The position numbers were made by a program, and so were the translations under genes. Shown here piece after piece: positions 46,601 through 52,607 of a DNA stretch of 64,000 nucleotides. Position 1 is the stretch's first letter; the number at the start of each line of letters is the position of its first letter. Source of the DNA: a virus. Under the pieces are notes generated by a model, which saw only the letters and a list, made by a program, of their open reading frames with translations, did not search any database and was not told the origin of the DNA. The DNA lies in the IMG/VR virus record IMGVR_UViG_3300027763_000029; one strand, given 5' to 3'.

Positions 46601-49600
46601 TCCTACTCTTTTCTTTTTATAGAGATATGATCTTATACCCCTCTTCTCAGCTTCTGCTATATTTCTATCGTCGTCATCAATAAAAGCGCCCTCTGGATTC
46701 ATCAAGTCTGCCTTGAGGATAGCAACTTGTTCTGCTGTAATATTTTCTCCACCAACACCCTTAATTCTACCAAGAGGAATTGGAATACCTTGTTGTGCTA
46801 ACCAACCAGCAATCAGATCCATTGTTGATTGTGGTCTAGCAGAAATAATGTGCAGATTATCTGCAAAAGATGGAGTCTGCTTAACTGTATTTGCTATGGC
46901 TTTACCCAAAGCACTAAGTTTAGCTGTTTTAAGAGCACCAGATACTTTTTCTCTATTAGAGAATTCGCTATATTTTGGTTTTCTCGGATCGGCTAAGATT
47001 TTATCTGCACCAAAAGCTAATGTTCTATCAAAATCAGCATATAGTGGACCTGTTTGCTTCAGAATATCCTTAATCATAATGTTTCTTGAAGTTTTATTAG
47101 CTATATCATTTAATCCGACGGTCATCTTACCTAATAACTTCTTTGACATTTCAGAATCTAAAACACCACTAGTAATTCTAACTTTAACTGGATTTTTTAA
47201 TCCTGGAATATCCATTCTGGGAGTTGTAGCAAACGCCTTGCCTTTGAATCCAGCAGCACCAAATAAGAGACCCTCTGTGGTTGCTTTTTCTATATCCAGA
47301 GCATTTGCTGCTTTAATTCCAGAAGTTTTTTCTGTATATTTTGCTAAAATTTTATCTTTGATAGCTTGTTCTGTTGGACTTAATGATTTTCTTTTCTTTA
47401 ATATTTTTTGTATATCACCAGCATTTGATCCAGTATCTTTAATAACTTCATCTAAAGTAAGAACTCTGAATATCTCTGTAGAAGTAGCTGCTGTGCCTGA
47501 CGTTGGAGTCACTAAACCCGCATTAGCAAATTTACGAATAAAACCGCCAGAAGCTTTATTAGTTTGATCTTTTTTATATAGCCTGCGAATTTCTTCAATA
47601 ACCGAGCTTTTATTCGGCATTTCAAAAACTTCAATATTGCCGATATCTTTTGTCTCTGGAGAAAATTTAGTAAAGGGTTGCGTTATATTTCTAGTCACTC
47701 TTGCTCTTAATAATTTATCTAAATAATCTGTTTTAGATACAACGCCACTAGGACGAAATTTTACTTCTCCAATAGATCTTCCATTTTTACTTATTAAATC
47801 AATTGGATAACTATTCCTATAAGGAACATTTTCAATTTCACCAGTTGGTATATAATTTCTTATTCTTAATTCATCTCTCATATGATTTGACAAAAGTCTT
47901 TCATATGCTTCAGACCATTTAGGACTTTCTCTTTGAGTACCTAGTTCATCAACTCTTCTTTGACCTTCTTTTCCAGCTAAAAAGTCTTGTCCTCTTCTAG
48001 ACAACAATCCAGCATAACTTTTTGATTGTACTGGTGTGGGTTTATTTTTTCCTAATAAAAATTTTTGATTTGCTTGAGAAATAGGCAGTCCTTTTCTCAT
48101 ATCATTATATATTTCTCTTGATATAGTCTTAACATCCAAACTTAGCATATTCGGTGTTATCTGTTGAATAGATGCTGAAGCACTATCTTGTTTAGGATTA
48201 ATATATTGTGCTACTCTAGGATTTTGAGAGATTAGTGAAACAGCTTGTGGTAGAGTTTTAATCTCTATTGGTCCTACCTTTCCTCCTTCAGTATACTTAT
48301 TCATTCTATGAAGGTTATGTGACCCTATGGCCTTAACTGCTGGTTTACTCATCACAAATTCGCCTGGCATCAACTTAGCATCAATAGAGTCTGTGTCTCC
48401 GCTTCCAGGAACTAATCCACCACTAGCAAATCTTCTAACTGGACCACCAGAACTCATACCTGGACCGCCACCCAATCTATTACCTAGTCCTTTAGCTCCA
48501 CCAGAACCTCTTATTCCACTTAAAAATCCGCTACCAAATTGTACGGCTGCCGAGGCACCTTTAAATGCTAGCATAACACCTAGAACTGGTAATATTCCTT
48601 TAATACTATCAGCAGCCTTAATTAAAGCACTAGTAACAGATAATGCTCCTTGAGCAATTGCTTGAAAACTATCTGATTTTCCAATATCTCTGAATAAAGC
48701 TAAGAATTGCTCACGAACTTTGGATATTTGCACAGCTAAAGACTCTTGAGCTTTTGCAGCATCTGCTGCTAATGATCCTTGTCCTGTTTGAGCCACCTTC
48801 AATGCATCTTGTGCTGTTGCGAACTGTTGAATAAGAGGAATAACTTTACCAATCTGTCGGAATCCACCAAGTTCTTCAACAATCTTTGAAAACTTTAAAT
48901 CTCTTGGATCTAAATTACCTAGACCTTTACTTAATAGTTCAACGGCCTTATAAGCTCCTACGAACTTACCATCTAGATCTTGTAGATTAACACCATATTC
49001 TTTGAGAGCCTCTATTGTGTCTCCTCTTTGAATTCTGGTAAAGATAGTTCTTAAGCCAGTAGCAATAGTTTCTGCGCTTTCACGAGTAGTAGCTCGTATA
49101 CTAGTGAATACGGCTAAGAATTCATTAAGGGCATCTGTACCTTCACTAACTCCCTTACTCGCTGTGGCGAACACACCACCAGTACGCTGAATGGCTGTAA
49201 TTAAGTCAGCAGCTTCAACAGCAAATTTAGCAGCAACAGAGTTGACAGAGCCTAGTGCTTTTTCTAGATCGCCAGCATTAATACCGAACTGTCTCATCAA
49301 AGCAATAGAACCTTCAACAGTCTCATTCATACTATCGAATGACGGGGCTAATGAACTTAATGCTAATGCTTTAAGAGCTCTTTCAGTATCTCTTGCAGAT
49401 AAGCCGGCCTGAGCTAGTGTGCTAGATATTTGAGTAAGTTCTGCTGATCCAACGCCCAAACCTGTTGCTAGACTTGTGATGGTGGTTTCAAGGCCCTTCA
49501 ATCCTGCTGCTGACTGACCGGTAACCTGTTGTAGCTTTACTAATTCTCTATCATAATCAATATATGCTCTAACACCATTATTAATAGCATTAGTTAATCC

Positions 49601-50047
49601 GTATATAACACTAGTAACAGAGGTGATTGCAGAAAATCTTCTAAAAGCAAGTCCTGCTTGTCTACCGAACTCTGTCATTTCACTACTTGCTGATCTTAGT
49701 TGTTTGGCATTATTGGTCGATGCCTGAGCGACTCTATTTAAAGCAGTAGCCGAGCTATTGAGTACTTGGGGTAAGTTAGAAGCATTTATCGATCCAATAG
49801 AAGTACTAAGATTACGAATAGCAGTAGCAGCAGCATTTGCATTTCCTGTTGTTGTTGATAGTGTTCTGTTAAATGTTAATAGTGCAGCATTTATTCTATT
49901 TAAGTTTGTGGTAGCTGCTGGAGCAATAGTGAGATTTACCGAAGCATTAATGGTACCTAATTGCTTTTTAATGTCTGCTACTATAACAGAAACATTACTT
50001 GGTCCTTTAAGATTAAGCTGTGCCGTTAGATTAAAGCCTGCTGCCAT
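34649..50047 (-). CDS. Giant multidomain tail tape measure protein (5132 aa)
   Basis: TP901-family TMP core near the N-terminus (LAQAGL...ALKALAL...TTRESAETIATGLRTIFTRI), Ala/Gly-rich hydrophobic segments, GTDTVPAMLTPGEFV modules, and position after the tail tube and chaperone-like genes. Confidence 0.9.
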   Translation of the reverse strand: MAAGFNLTAQLNLKGPSNVSVIVADIKKQLGTINASVNLTIAPAATTNLNRINAALLTFNRTLSTTTGNANAAATAIRNLSTSIGSINASNLPQVLNSSATALNRVAQASTNNAKQLRSASSEMTEFGRQAGLAFRRFSAITSVTSVIYGLTNAINNGVRAYIDYDRELVKLQQVTGQSAAGLKGLETTITSLATGLGVGSAELTQISSTLAQAGLSARDTERALKALALSSLAPSFDSMNETVEGSIALMRQFGINAGDLEKALGSVNSVAAKFAVEAADLITAIQRTGGVFATASKGVSEGTDALNEFLAVFTSIRATTRESAETIATGLRTIFTRIQRGDTIEALKEYGVNLQDLDGKFVGAYKAVELLSKGLGNLDPRDLKFSKIVEELGGFRQIGKVIPLIQQFATAQDALKVAQTGQGSLAADAAKAQESLAVQISKVREQFLALFRDIGKSDSFQAIAQGALSVTSALIKAADSIKGILPVLGVMLAFKGASAAVQFGSGFLSGIRGSGGAKGLGNRLGGGPGMSSGGPVRRFASGGLVPGSGDTDSIDAKLMPGEFVMSKPAVKAIGSHNLHRMNKYTEGGKVGPIEIKTLPQAVSLISQNPRVAQYINPKQDSASASIQQITPNMLSLDVKTISREIYNDMRKGLPISQANQKFLLGKNKPTPVQSKSYAGLLSRRGQDFLAGKEGQRRVDELGTQRESPKWSEAYERLLSNHMRDELRIRNYIPTGEIENVPYRNSYPIDLISKNGRSIGEVKFRPSGVVSKTDYLDKLLRARVTRNITQPFTKFSPETKDIGNIEVFEMPNKSSVIEEIRRLYKKDQTNKASGGFIRKFANAGLVTPTSGTAATSTEIFRVLTLDEVIKDTGSNAGDIQKILKKRKSLSPTEQAIKDKILAKYTEKTSGIKAANALDIEKATTEGLLFGAAGFKGKAFATTPRMDIPGLKNPVKVRITSGVLDSEMSKKLLGKMTVGLNDIANKTSRNIMIKDILKQTGPLYADFDRTLAFGADKILADPRKPKYSEFSNREKVSGALKTAKLSALGKAIANTVKQTPSFADNLHIISARPQSTMDLIAGWLAQQGIPIPLGRIKGVGGENITAEQVAILKADLMNPEGAFIDDDDRNIAEAEKRGIRSYLYKKKRVGPTSRKKLGEANAKGYLAERVINELGGPIANKAATNYGIDFPDGLQSAAKYFNLPQNIPTDAKLTLNGPAELKSQIGNYLKARGYASGGHVQAMVSNGEAYIPPEAAKEIGYSRLNEMNQADRNGMSKFAKGGIGVFKGPGNGTSDSIGPIDLPVGSFILRERATKALGLYASGGSVGLQTFASGGPGLPIRPETIQSSTIRINQESITSLKQLEQIIQELGLSSKKVSSLLLNEGRVSYASAEKAAKSEVDRVKAAGGSISQIIAAENALATIRKSKNKEVGKNNALESAFSAVRDRSSGEVQQQILLESNKHAQDVISRAEEARAKQNKSPLTEEQKNKIYESSTLRATSSITGVSRSDLKSQGIVGEDVRKYAQQSMMDRKFLAQMDKEYRVLRTQELISLGKGAAEARALTEKELADRRIAARNMATAAGLAGPGRDLIPRYTGTGLENFGSNFAGLRKSLSPKNLLGTGNRMIQSLGGLGTGNAGYFASLGLGIIAGQGNNIAGMLPGGGDKKTRSKVGAGIEAGVSTFASGLSIASSAALIPVVGPYIAAFTLAGTALLSLKEGFNGATKAVKEFEQAERTKKIEDIDEKIAKGVEAAQKTGNNDNLIRPLTDRLKLNDDDFAIKIKNAAENKANSRGILGSFMGGPVPKLDKKDIDQLVSEQSKQNSGAAKVARDIIESKISRGSTLSDISQDPGFAALADSISSADNEFLAFVAKINDMEDAAFAATGTTKQKRIQEELASRRIALLKDEVFLAAQRTAVTAKAMEELERSTRKATQGFDSLGRSILSAVSKVEFNTNNAAKIRRSNSEALTGKPRVANADSEELDMLKNPEAYAMERDRVKSNYRKIAFEITNPNAQGIPVEEKKSRINQANLISDALGFDQTKIDEIQGNLNKRIADAINSDKGNEDLTKLGPKLETALDESTKGLPDVIRNNLKLALKNTIDEVDKLKFDKPGEKVDKLSDEIDKKFGNSIGNMTDTLRKGTIAFLEFKNKGADRFVESLNRIVDSVLAANESLDKARNIATETDLTLKEALTGAPTSIRQRIGIRDNEIKNQTAGTKEANQIVAREVGFNLNNSTADPKLIRQNIENLAEARKKLSERELKTPVTDRGPIQSDMANLDLQIIKNKNALEKLANSSDIVTAAFGQLRDAQKMQADRLQNLDQILSSTPQELQKLNESLIRVQQRMMGINPGPSRAAKQAYDMTFRQTGGNRFLAMQAGQAQMAQDRGIDLRTMEQYKSNFILDIKNRAAAQGKELSDQDAEMEFRKRSGNLRGQMANELGFMNPGVAQTIMASVDPTRDPVIAQLADTIKVNSAIQVSANEQIAALFNKDAISENTSAILLLKEQIENFSGVLAGLQNIKLADLGINNPLRKADGGVIYASVGGSLVNFSPKGTDTVPAMLTPGEFVVNARATAQNLSLLESINSGNSLVGNTAMMSSGGVVYLSTGGRTRKDIEDKLKQERIESDNINQTIRSRTEAYKAPDSKERMEDEKKQKELLDEEARLMGGDFDKFREVSDRRIAHETEMRRKSSSYKTEEERSRLGRIEVNGSQRYAAQANMGDESATTDRSLLNDLDLVENRPNDSNMGRIGVNSVNNALRDAGIPERALAFGPGTGLEFHSDGINWTQRIADEQAKPDFGARVSQYYIKEKEKERKLAEERLKKENVQYNTNPVKPPVPAGAPVPAVPPAAPPAKAPAAPAPVPAVPPAAPPAKAPAAPAPVPAAPPAAPAPPAGAPAPPARPKVFRKPNNMGEIGLFREGLARGMTIDEIKAERQRNFLKKKGKRPIGEKDASKQELEDFRKTRAKRFRDQYSDTSAAAGDYRPSLVPGDPRAQIPGKQNLDDFYRLDVNEDGVLSGKERTAYSELDTDKNKEISTDEWLGRGFDPGDVLQRHKYGIDIYDEKKTAARARELSEAMPSYEEKAANNEPIFDIEGNPTTLEEKRKELATLQETLGYYKTPKSLIASQRNRDDAVASRLNGRSWVVDRALQRIYSDRRYFEENRQKIQSQNPDADPDKIFNMTVDSIRDQQYGIGRDENFWRSIGVTSTPNSYNESSALSHIRDKEDLSTRDDPTGQKTRDYIDEYKSSQSAREQSNRVDRGNGRDIAGPDRAIVGTQGPVGKMNNLIDEQEKGNPAINDARQKAYEKQQERRRVEGERQMALDARDKELGMITSDRGGNPPGYDPGSAASAGFEQQKQRRREQIIESQYKFTNKDGTASTTGTIDNVDFKAGTVRIAKIDPKTGMPITRKIPIYGNGEVTKKQLEAQGRDPEKFVTGYKEEQIYTTVPLDQLSDQSRTKVRAHALEKEVDKAKTGENFLIGNDSGKQISGRIYSVNEKSGSAVIQRANGTRFTVPLDKLAPQSRNIALEQSRNDSTISQLEHNETLKGISEQVSADINASLPSPPIPLPEVIPTIEDPMKQLAMEQDKLDALPVMPPEPKKSGARVDPITGRVLDAQKATTAGGPSRAQFFNGNADNAKQEAIDIKEQQATIAIEREKSEKRFQELRSRAIGQSKYDRSWLGEYWPKEWGGAEKPKKRLTAKEYEELGTYEAERGIPFGDRRGSTVSANTIRRETLTINQMSQLDKQSLQDTKKKLEIARDSEGGEAVGLAAQRAIVPLLAGTAAIAGAPIILPALGVTGLAAAGLTILGGVTASLTANALQDVALEGTDFDKRQKELAQKRPRETAVGSLLTGLLTGNPFTGSSTIVRSLLTRTVSGSTEAAIGAGVRGATNRGDFGTGQDALMDFISGFILPSSNFGGKGTKNYARPEGPAKPTSFNDIAQELRFEDFNRIMDRNDRLAAIEKKNQIKDNKTQIRDAQERVAEAREAQRDQSIFEFMSPILHLVPNNGFGIPGMKGARIPMSESSSPIMRGISSLLSGIDSEFKSAGAASQTKAQIDKVIAENPYLNKTQLAEKLVKDGIDPAIAEKTATARNNKFLSDLAIEKEARKAEAKARFSAEYKEKTKDIKDPKERAKIRAEINEKLNKEASSIRSDIFDRTKANEAGISVTEYRQQKIDAANAKEQAEVDKLMGGMFEGSSSSKPISTTGKPDDYTTEAWANLTPQQQQTVINTRSNTNNVETANPAVSAAEEAAGSIKPVEVEARSPKDLLERAKDDPTGMKQGLYNTEVRAGSYEDTGTMLRWFKPKEVSSDYREPINTGYKPRFAVQAGQMDEMISRMAADPELAQMLGPFGFKQHSFEDSVSGRDKRFLVAYGKKGTAEEAIAITKRMEALGDDILFAGGAKDYGDTVSLGKFGTTRYDPNIDGGLDTIDTQKLTSALKDLRKRWLAKRKQEGTDKTYDPRFDNFEVPLMSSLRTKGGIVSEIHTALYKAGKLGPSKMMDEFYRDYPDLFPTYKGDISYTDKGGPEAGAIPQQKASVDQATKKATETPVNPSSISRVDQLASAGFGVISGDQEVESVIRSARRGFSSDQPGKPAALLTSAETYDKYKDQLLELEQSGKLKIGRSAGFVKGQPNMFVGKPENVDILTKTFDAEVERRRTNGTAASEEFHDTVGKALGYSKDSRELYRLRKDWDKAGLDINIIQDRLRKGDKASDMISEINGLSRATKSSEEMSSFSTRISDFEKSLDDLINPPIKPASSPEVVAAGRVSSEKLEQKRRASNPELAAVKDRFNKSWKKAKAAGDTEEMARIKNAADAEYRTLLEKKQQSKSTRMLLTGLGMAAPIGGTIGYGLYNLLSGSVTPKDVVGEENTEGTAKMPMFDATNNNAAPMPNIDATNNNAAKMPVIDPDKKKRKNWKTPSGGTGYATGGLVYASNGAFINAQPMGTDTVPAMLTPGEFVINRQAAQQHMPMLQAINSGAYSQGGVVKYLAEGGMVAPMVAPPMVMPIHLSDGGSVSPQYFAKGGNVNSGNMTLDAKEFKAAMQEFRSITNQFGEHASNFPGQLAVSQSVTQTHHHTGLGEMGQQLLAQAAANSQVISNNTSSTLVYGLHKNSEAQITAGNPDAIMGRVGHTA
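41401..41530. repeat. GC-rich 57-bp tandem repeat encoding PVPAVPPAAPPAKAPAAPA in the TMP
   Basis: ccgccgg starts at 41401, 41458 and 41515. Confidence 0.85.
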
Positions 50048-50078
50048 ATTTCTAAAGTCCTATATAATGCTGGTGATT

Positions 50079-50122
50079 AAAAAATAAAACCCCCAACCAG
50101 AGCAAGTCTAGTGGGGGATTTT
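50079..50122 (-). terminator. Rho-independent terminator-like hairpin
   Basis: Minus strand reads CCCCCACTAGA-CTTGC-TCTGGTTGGGGG followed by TTTTATTTTT. Confidence 0.7.
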
Positions 50123-50152
50123 AATTGTAAATTAGTAGTATTAAATGAAACC

Positions 50153-51055
50153 TTATGCGCTAGCACTGGCTTCTGTAACAGTTCCTTCAGAAGGCTTAAC
50201 TTCCTCTGTTGGTGTTGCTGGCGATGGTTGAACTGGTTTTTCTTCATCTTTTTTATCTTCATCAAGGATGACTGGTTTACCTTCATCGTCCAAAAATGGT
50301 TGTGTATCAACAATATAATCTCCCTCAGCATCAACCTTATTGCCATACTTATCAACAAAGTTACCATTCTCATCAATAAATCTACCATTCTCATCAACAA
50401 GTCTACCATCAGAATCAATAAGTCTGCCCTTCTTATCTACGAGACGCAACTTATCATCAATAAATCTATACTTCTTTAAGAATTTATTTTCTGGTAAGTT
50501 ACTTTCATAATTATTATCCAATCCATAAAGCATGTTAGCCAAATTTTGAGCACCTAATAGAGATACCTCTTCACCAGCCCTATTCAAATATTCTTCCATA
50601 CTATTAAAATATGGCTGTTTAGTATCATTATACACCAAGCATACTGATACTAAATAATTAAATCTAGCATTATCAGCTTGACCTTCAGCACTATGGTTAT
50701 CAAGAGATGTACGAACGCTGATTAGATCTCTGATTTCCTCTCTAACGCCCTTCATTTTAATTGCAAGGTCTTTGGCCTCGTTCAAACTAAATCCACCCTT
50801 GGCTAGTCTCTTTTCTCCATCCAAGAGTTCCTTTTGCAGAGCACTGAACTTGGCCTGTTTTTCATCATTCCATAGTCCCTGATCTTGTAGTAGATCATCG
50901 AGCTTTGCCCTAACAACACTCTTACTCTTAATGGCATCTGTAAAAGCTTGATTATAAACCTTTTGAGCCTCTCTCTGATCATTCAAAGATGGACTCCTAA
51001 CTAACATTTCGCGCTGAACATTATCTAAAGTAACAGTAAAAGTCTTTGTTTTCAT
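50153..51055 (-). CDS. Putative tail assembly chaperone
   Basis: Lies directly before the TMP gene; helical N-terminal part and C-terminal (L/F)(V/I)DxxG repeats. Confidence 0.55.
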   Translation of the reverse strand: MKTKTFTVTLDNVQREMLVRSPSLNDQREAQKVYNQAFTDAIKSKSVVRAKLDDLLQDQGLWNDEKQAKFSALQKELLDGEKRLAKGGFSLNEAKDLAIKMKGVREEIRDLISVRTSLDNHSAEGQADNARFNYLVSVCLVYNDTKQPYFNSMEEYLNRAGEEVSLLGAQNLANMLYGLDNNYESNLPENKFLKKYRFIDDKLRLVDKKGRLIDSDGRLVDENGRFIDENGNFVDKYGNKVDAEGDYIVDTQPFLDDEGKPVILDEDKKDEEKPVQPSPATPTEEVKPSEGTVTEASASA

Positions 51056-51348
51056 CTTTCTTCTCCTGGATTCTTGAAATAGAACTTGTAGTGGTATTTC
51101 TGGTTAAAATTATTTTGTTCTCCATATAAATATTGATATAAGTCTTTCATGGCTGATCTTATTTGATGATTTCCATTATTCAAAATTTCGTTACGAGTTT
51201 CTTCCCAAAGATCTTCGTATTCTTCTCTATTTATAGTATCATTTTCCCAAAGATATGCAAAATTTTCTTCAAACTTAGCCAAGGAGCCAATCATAGTAGT
51301 CTTAAGTCTTTTTTCAATATTCTGTAATAATTTATCTTTATCATTCAT
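51052..51348 (-). CDS. Hypothetical protein in tail assembly cluster
   Basis: 98-aa ORF with a 4-nt overlap to the next gene. Confidence 0.7.
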   Translation of the reverse strand: MNDKDKLLQNIEKRLKTTMIGSLAKFEENFAYLWENDTINREEYEDLWEETRNEILNNGNHQIRSAMKDLYQYLYGEQNNFNQKYHYKFYFKNPGEER

Positions 51349-51359
51349 TTTATATTATC

Positions 51360-52400
51360 CTATCTTATTTTAAGAGCTTCTCTTGATTGATTTAAAAGAT
51401 CTCTTTTAACATCTGGTAAAGCATAGTCTTCTGTTGACCCTACACTATTTATATAGCTAATTTTTTCTTTCATCCTATGCATTGATTCTTTTGAATTTAA
51501 TGAAAGAATATCTTCTATTTCATTAGTATTTTTACCAAACAAGAATACCTCTCCTGCATTTTTAAGATTTGGATTTAATTCATCAACGGTTTGTTGTTTT
51601 TTGGCTTTTTCAACTTTACGTTTTTGAACTATCATCCAACCATCAAGCATATCATCATCTTCTATAACGCCTTCCGGAGGACTTTCTGGATGTTCGTAGA
51701 TACTATCATACATTTGACTAAAACTAACCAAACTTCTTTGGTCATCTGTCCACTCACTAATTGGTCCGGGAAAAATTGGATTATTTTTATGGGCATTCCA
51801 GTATGATTTCCAAATATAGTGTCTTGAAATTTTCTTAAAATCATTAATTGATATCGTATATTTATTTATTTCAAATACTAACTCATTAAATTGAGAATAA
51901 GAATGAGAATCACTATCATTATCATTAAATACTCTTTTTGAGTTTTTATAAAGATTTTGACATATCATATACTCATTTTTAATTGAAGAAGCATATCCTT
52001 CTAAAGTATTTGCTGAAAAATCAGTCTTTTTAGAAGTTATCTTATTTAACTGATCTCTAAATGATTCTAAATTTCTTTTTATTCTTTTTTGATTATCAGG
52101 TCTCATAAAATTTTCAAATAATTCTACTTTACTAGTTTCAATTCTTTTCTCTAATTGCTTAATTATTTTATCGGTTTCTTTTGTCCAAAGTCCCAAATTA
52201 ATCATTATATTGGTTACATTCTCTTCTCTTATCCAATCGCTATATTTCTCATCATTCATTATATTATTATAGAGTATTTCTGCCTCATATCTTACTAAAT
52301 TGGATAATTTTTTAAGTTCATATTTATCCTGCTTATAGTAAAAAATAAGTTGTCCACTTAAAATCCTATATAGTAAATTTTCAATACTTCCATCACTCAT
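51360..52400 (-). CDS. Hypothetical protein, possible tail assembly chaperone
   Basis: 346-aa ORF between the tail tube and TMP genes; coiled-coil region plus YDSIYEHPESP...DDDMLDGW. Confidence 0.6.
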   Translation of the reverse strand: MSDGSIENLLYRILSGQLIFYYKQDKYELKKLSNLVRYEAEILYNNIMNDEKYSDWIREENVTNIMINLGLWTKETDKIIKQLEKRIETSKVELFENFMRPDNQKRIKRNLESFRDQLNKITSKKTDFSANTLEGYASSIKNEYMICQNLYKNSKRVFNDNDSDSHSYSQFNELVFEINKYTISINDFKKISRHYIWKSYWNAHKNNPIFPGPISEWTDDQRSLVSFSQMYDSIYEHPESPPEGVIEDDDMLDGWMIVQKRKVEKAKKQQTVDELNPNLKNAGEVFLFGKNTNEIEDILSLNSKESMHRMKEKISYINSVGSTEDYALPDVKRDLLNQSREALKIR

Positions 52401-52401
52401 C

Positions 52402-52542
52402 CTAATCCTTAGACTGAATTTGTCTTAGAGAATCAATTTCCTGATCTTTATCTTTTATCTGTTGTTGTAGTAACTCAATGACTTTTTGAGAGTTATATGA
52501 ATCTACATATAGTCGTCCTATTATATTAAATATTTCTTCCAT
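52402..52542 (-). CDS. Small coiled-coil protein (46 aa), absent from ORF track
   Basis: MEEIFNIIGRLYVDSYNSQKVIELLQQQIKDKDQEIDSLRQIQSKD*; AGGA upstream; ends 1 nt before the next start codon. Confidence 0.65.
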   Translation of the reverse strand: MEEIFNIIGRLYVDSYNSQKVIELLQQQIKDKDQEIDSLRQIQSKD

Positions 52543-52607
52543 TATTATAATTCCTATTTCCTCGAACCTTTTCCCTTATCTTTTGCCTCTAAACTATTAA
52601 CTATCTA

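Noticed and set aside
34799-50087. Many plus-strand ORFs inside the TMP gene, including the 284-aa ORF 46713-47567
   Set aside because: They lie antisense to a coherent long gene and show no recognisable motifs.
50077-50418. 113-aa alternative-frame ORF as a programmed-frameshift extension of the tail chaperone
   Set aside because: Its sequence is an off-frame echo of the DxxG repeats, it runs through the terminator hairpin, and I could not identify a convincing slippery site. Not fully excluded.
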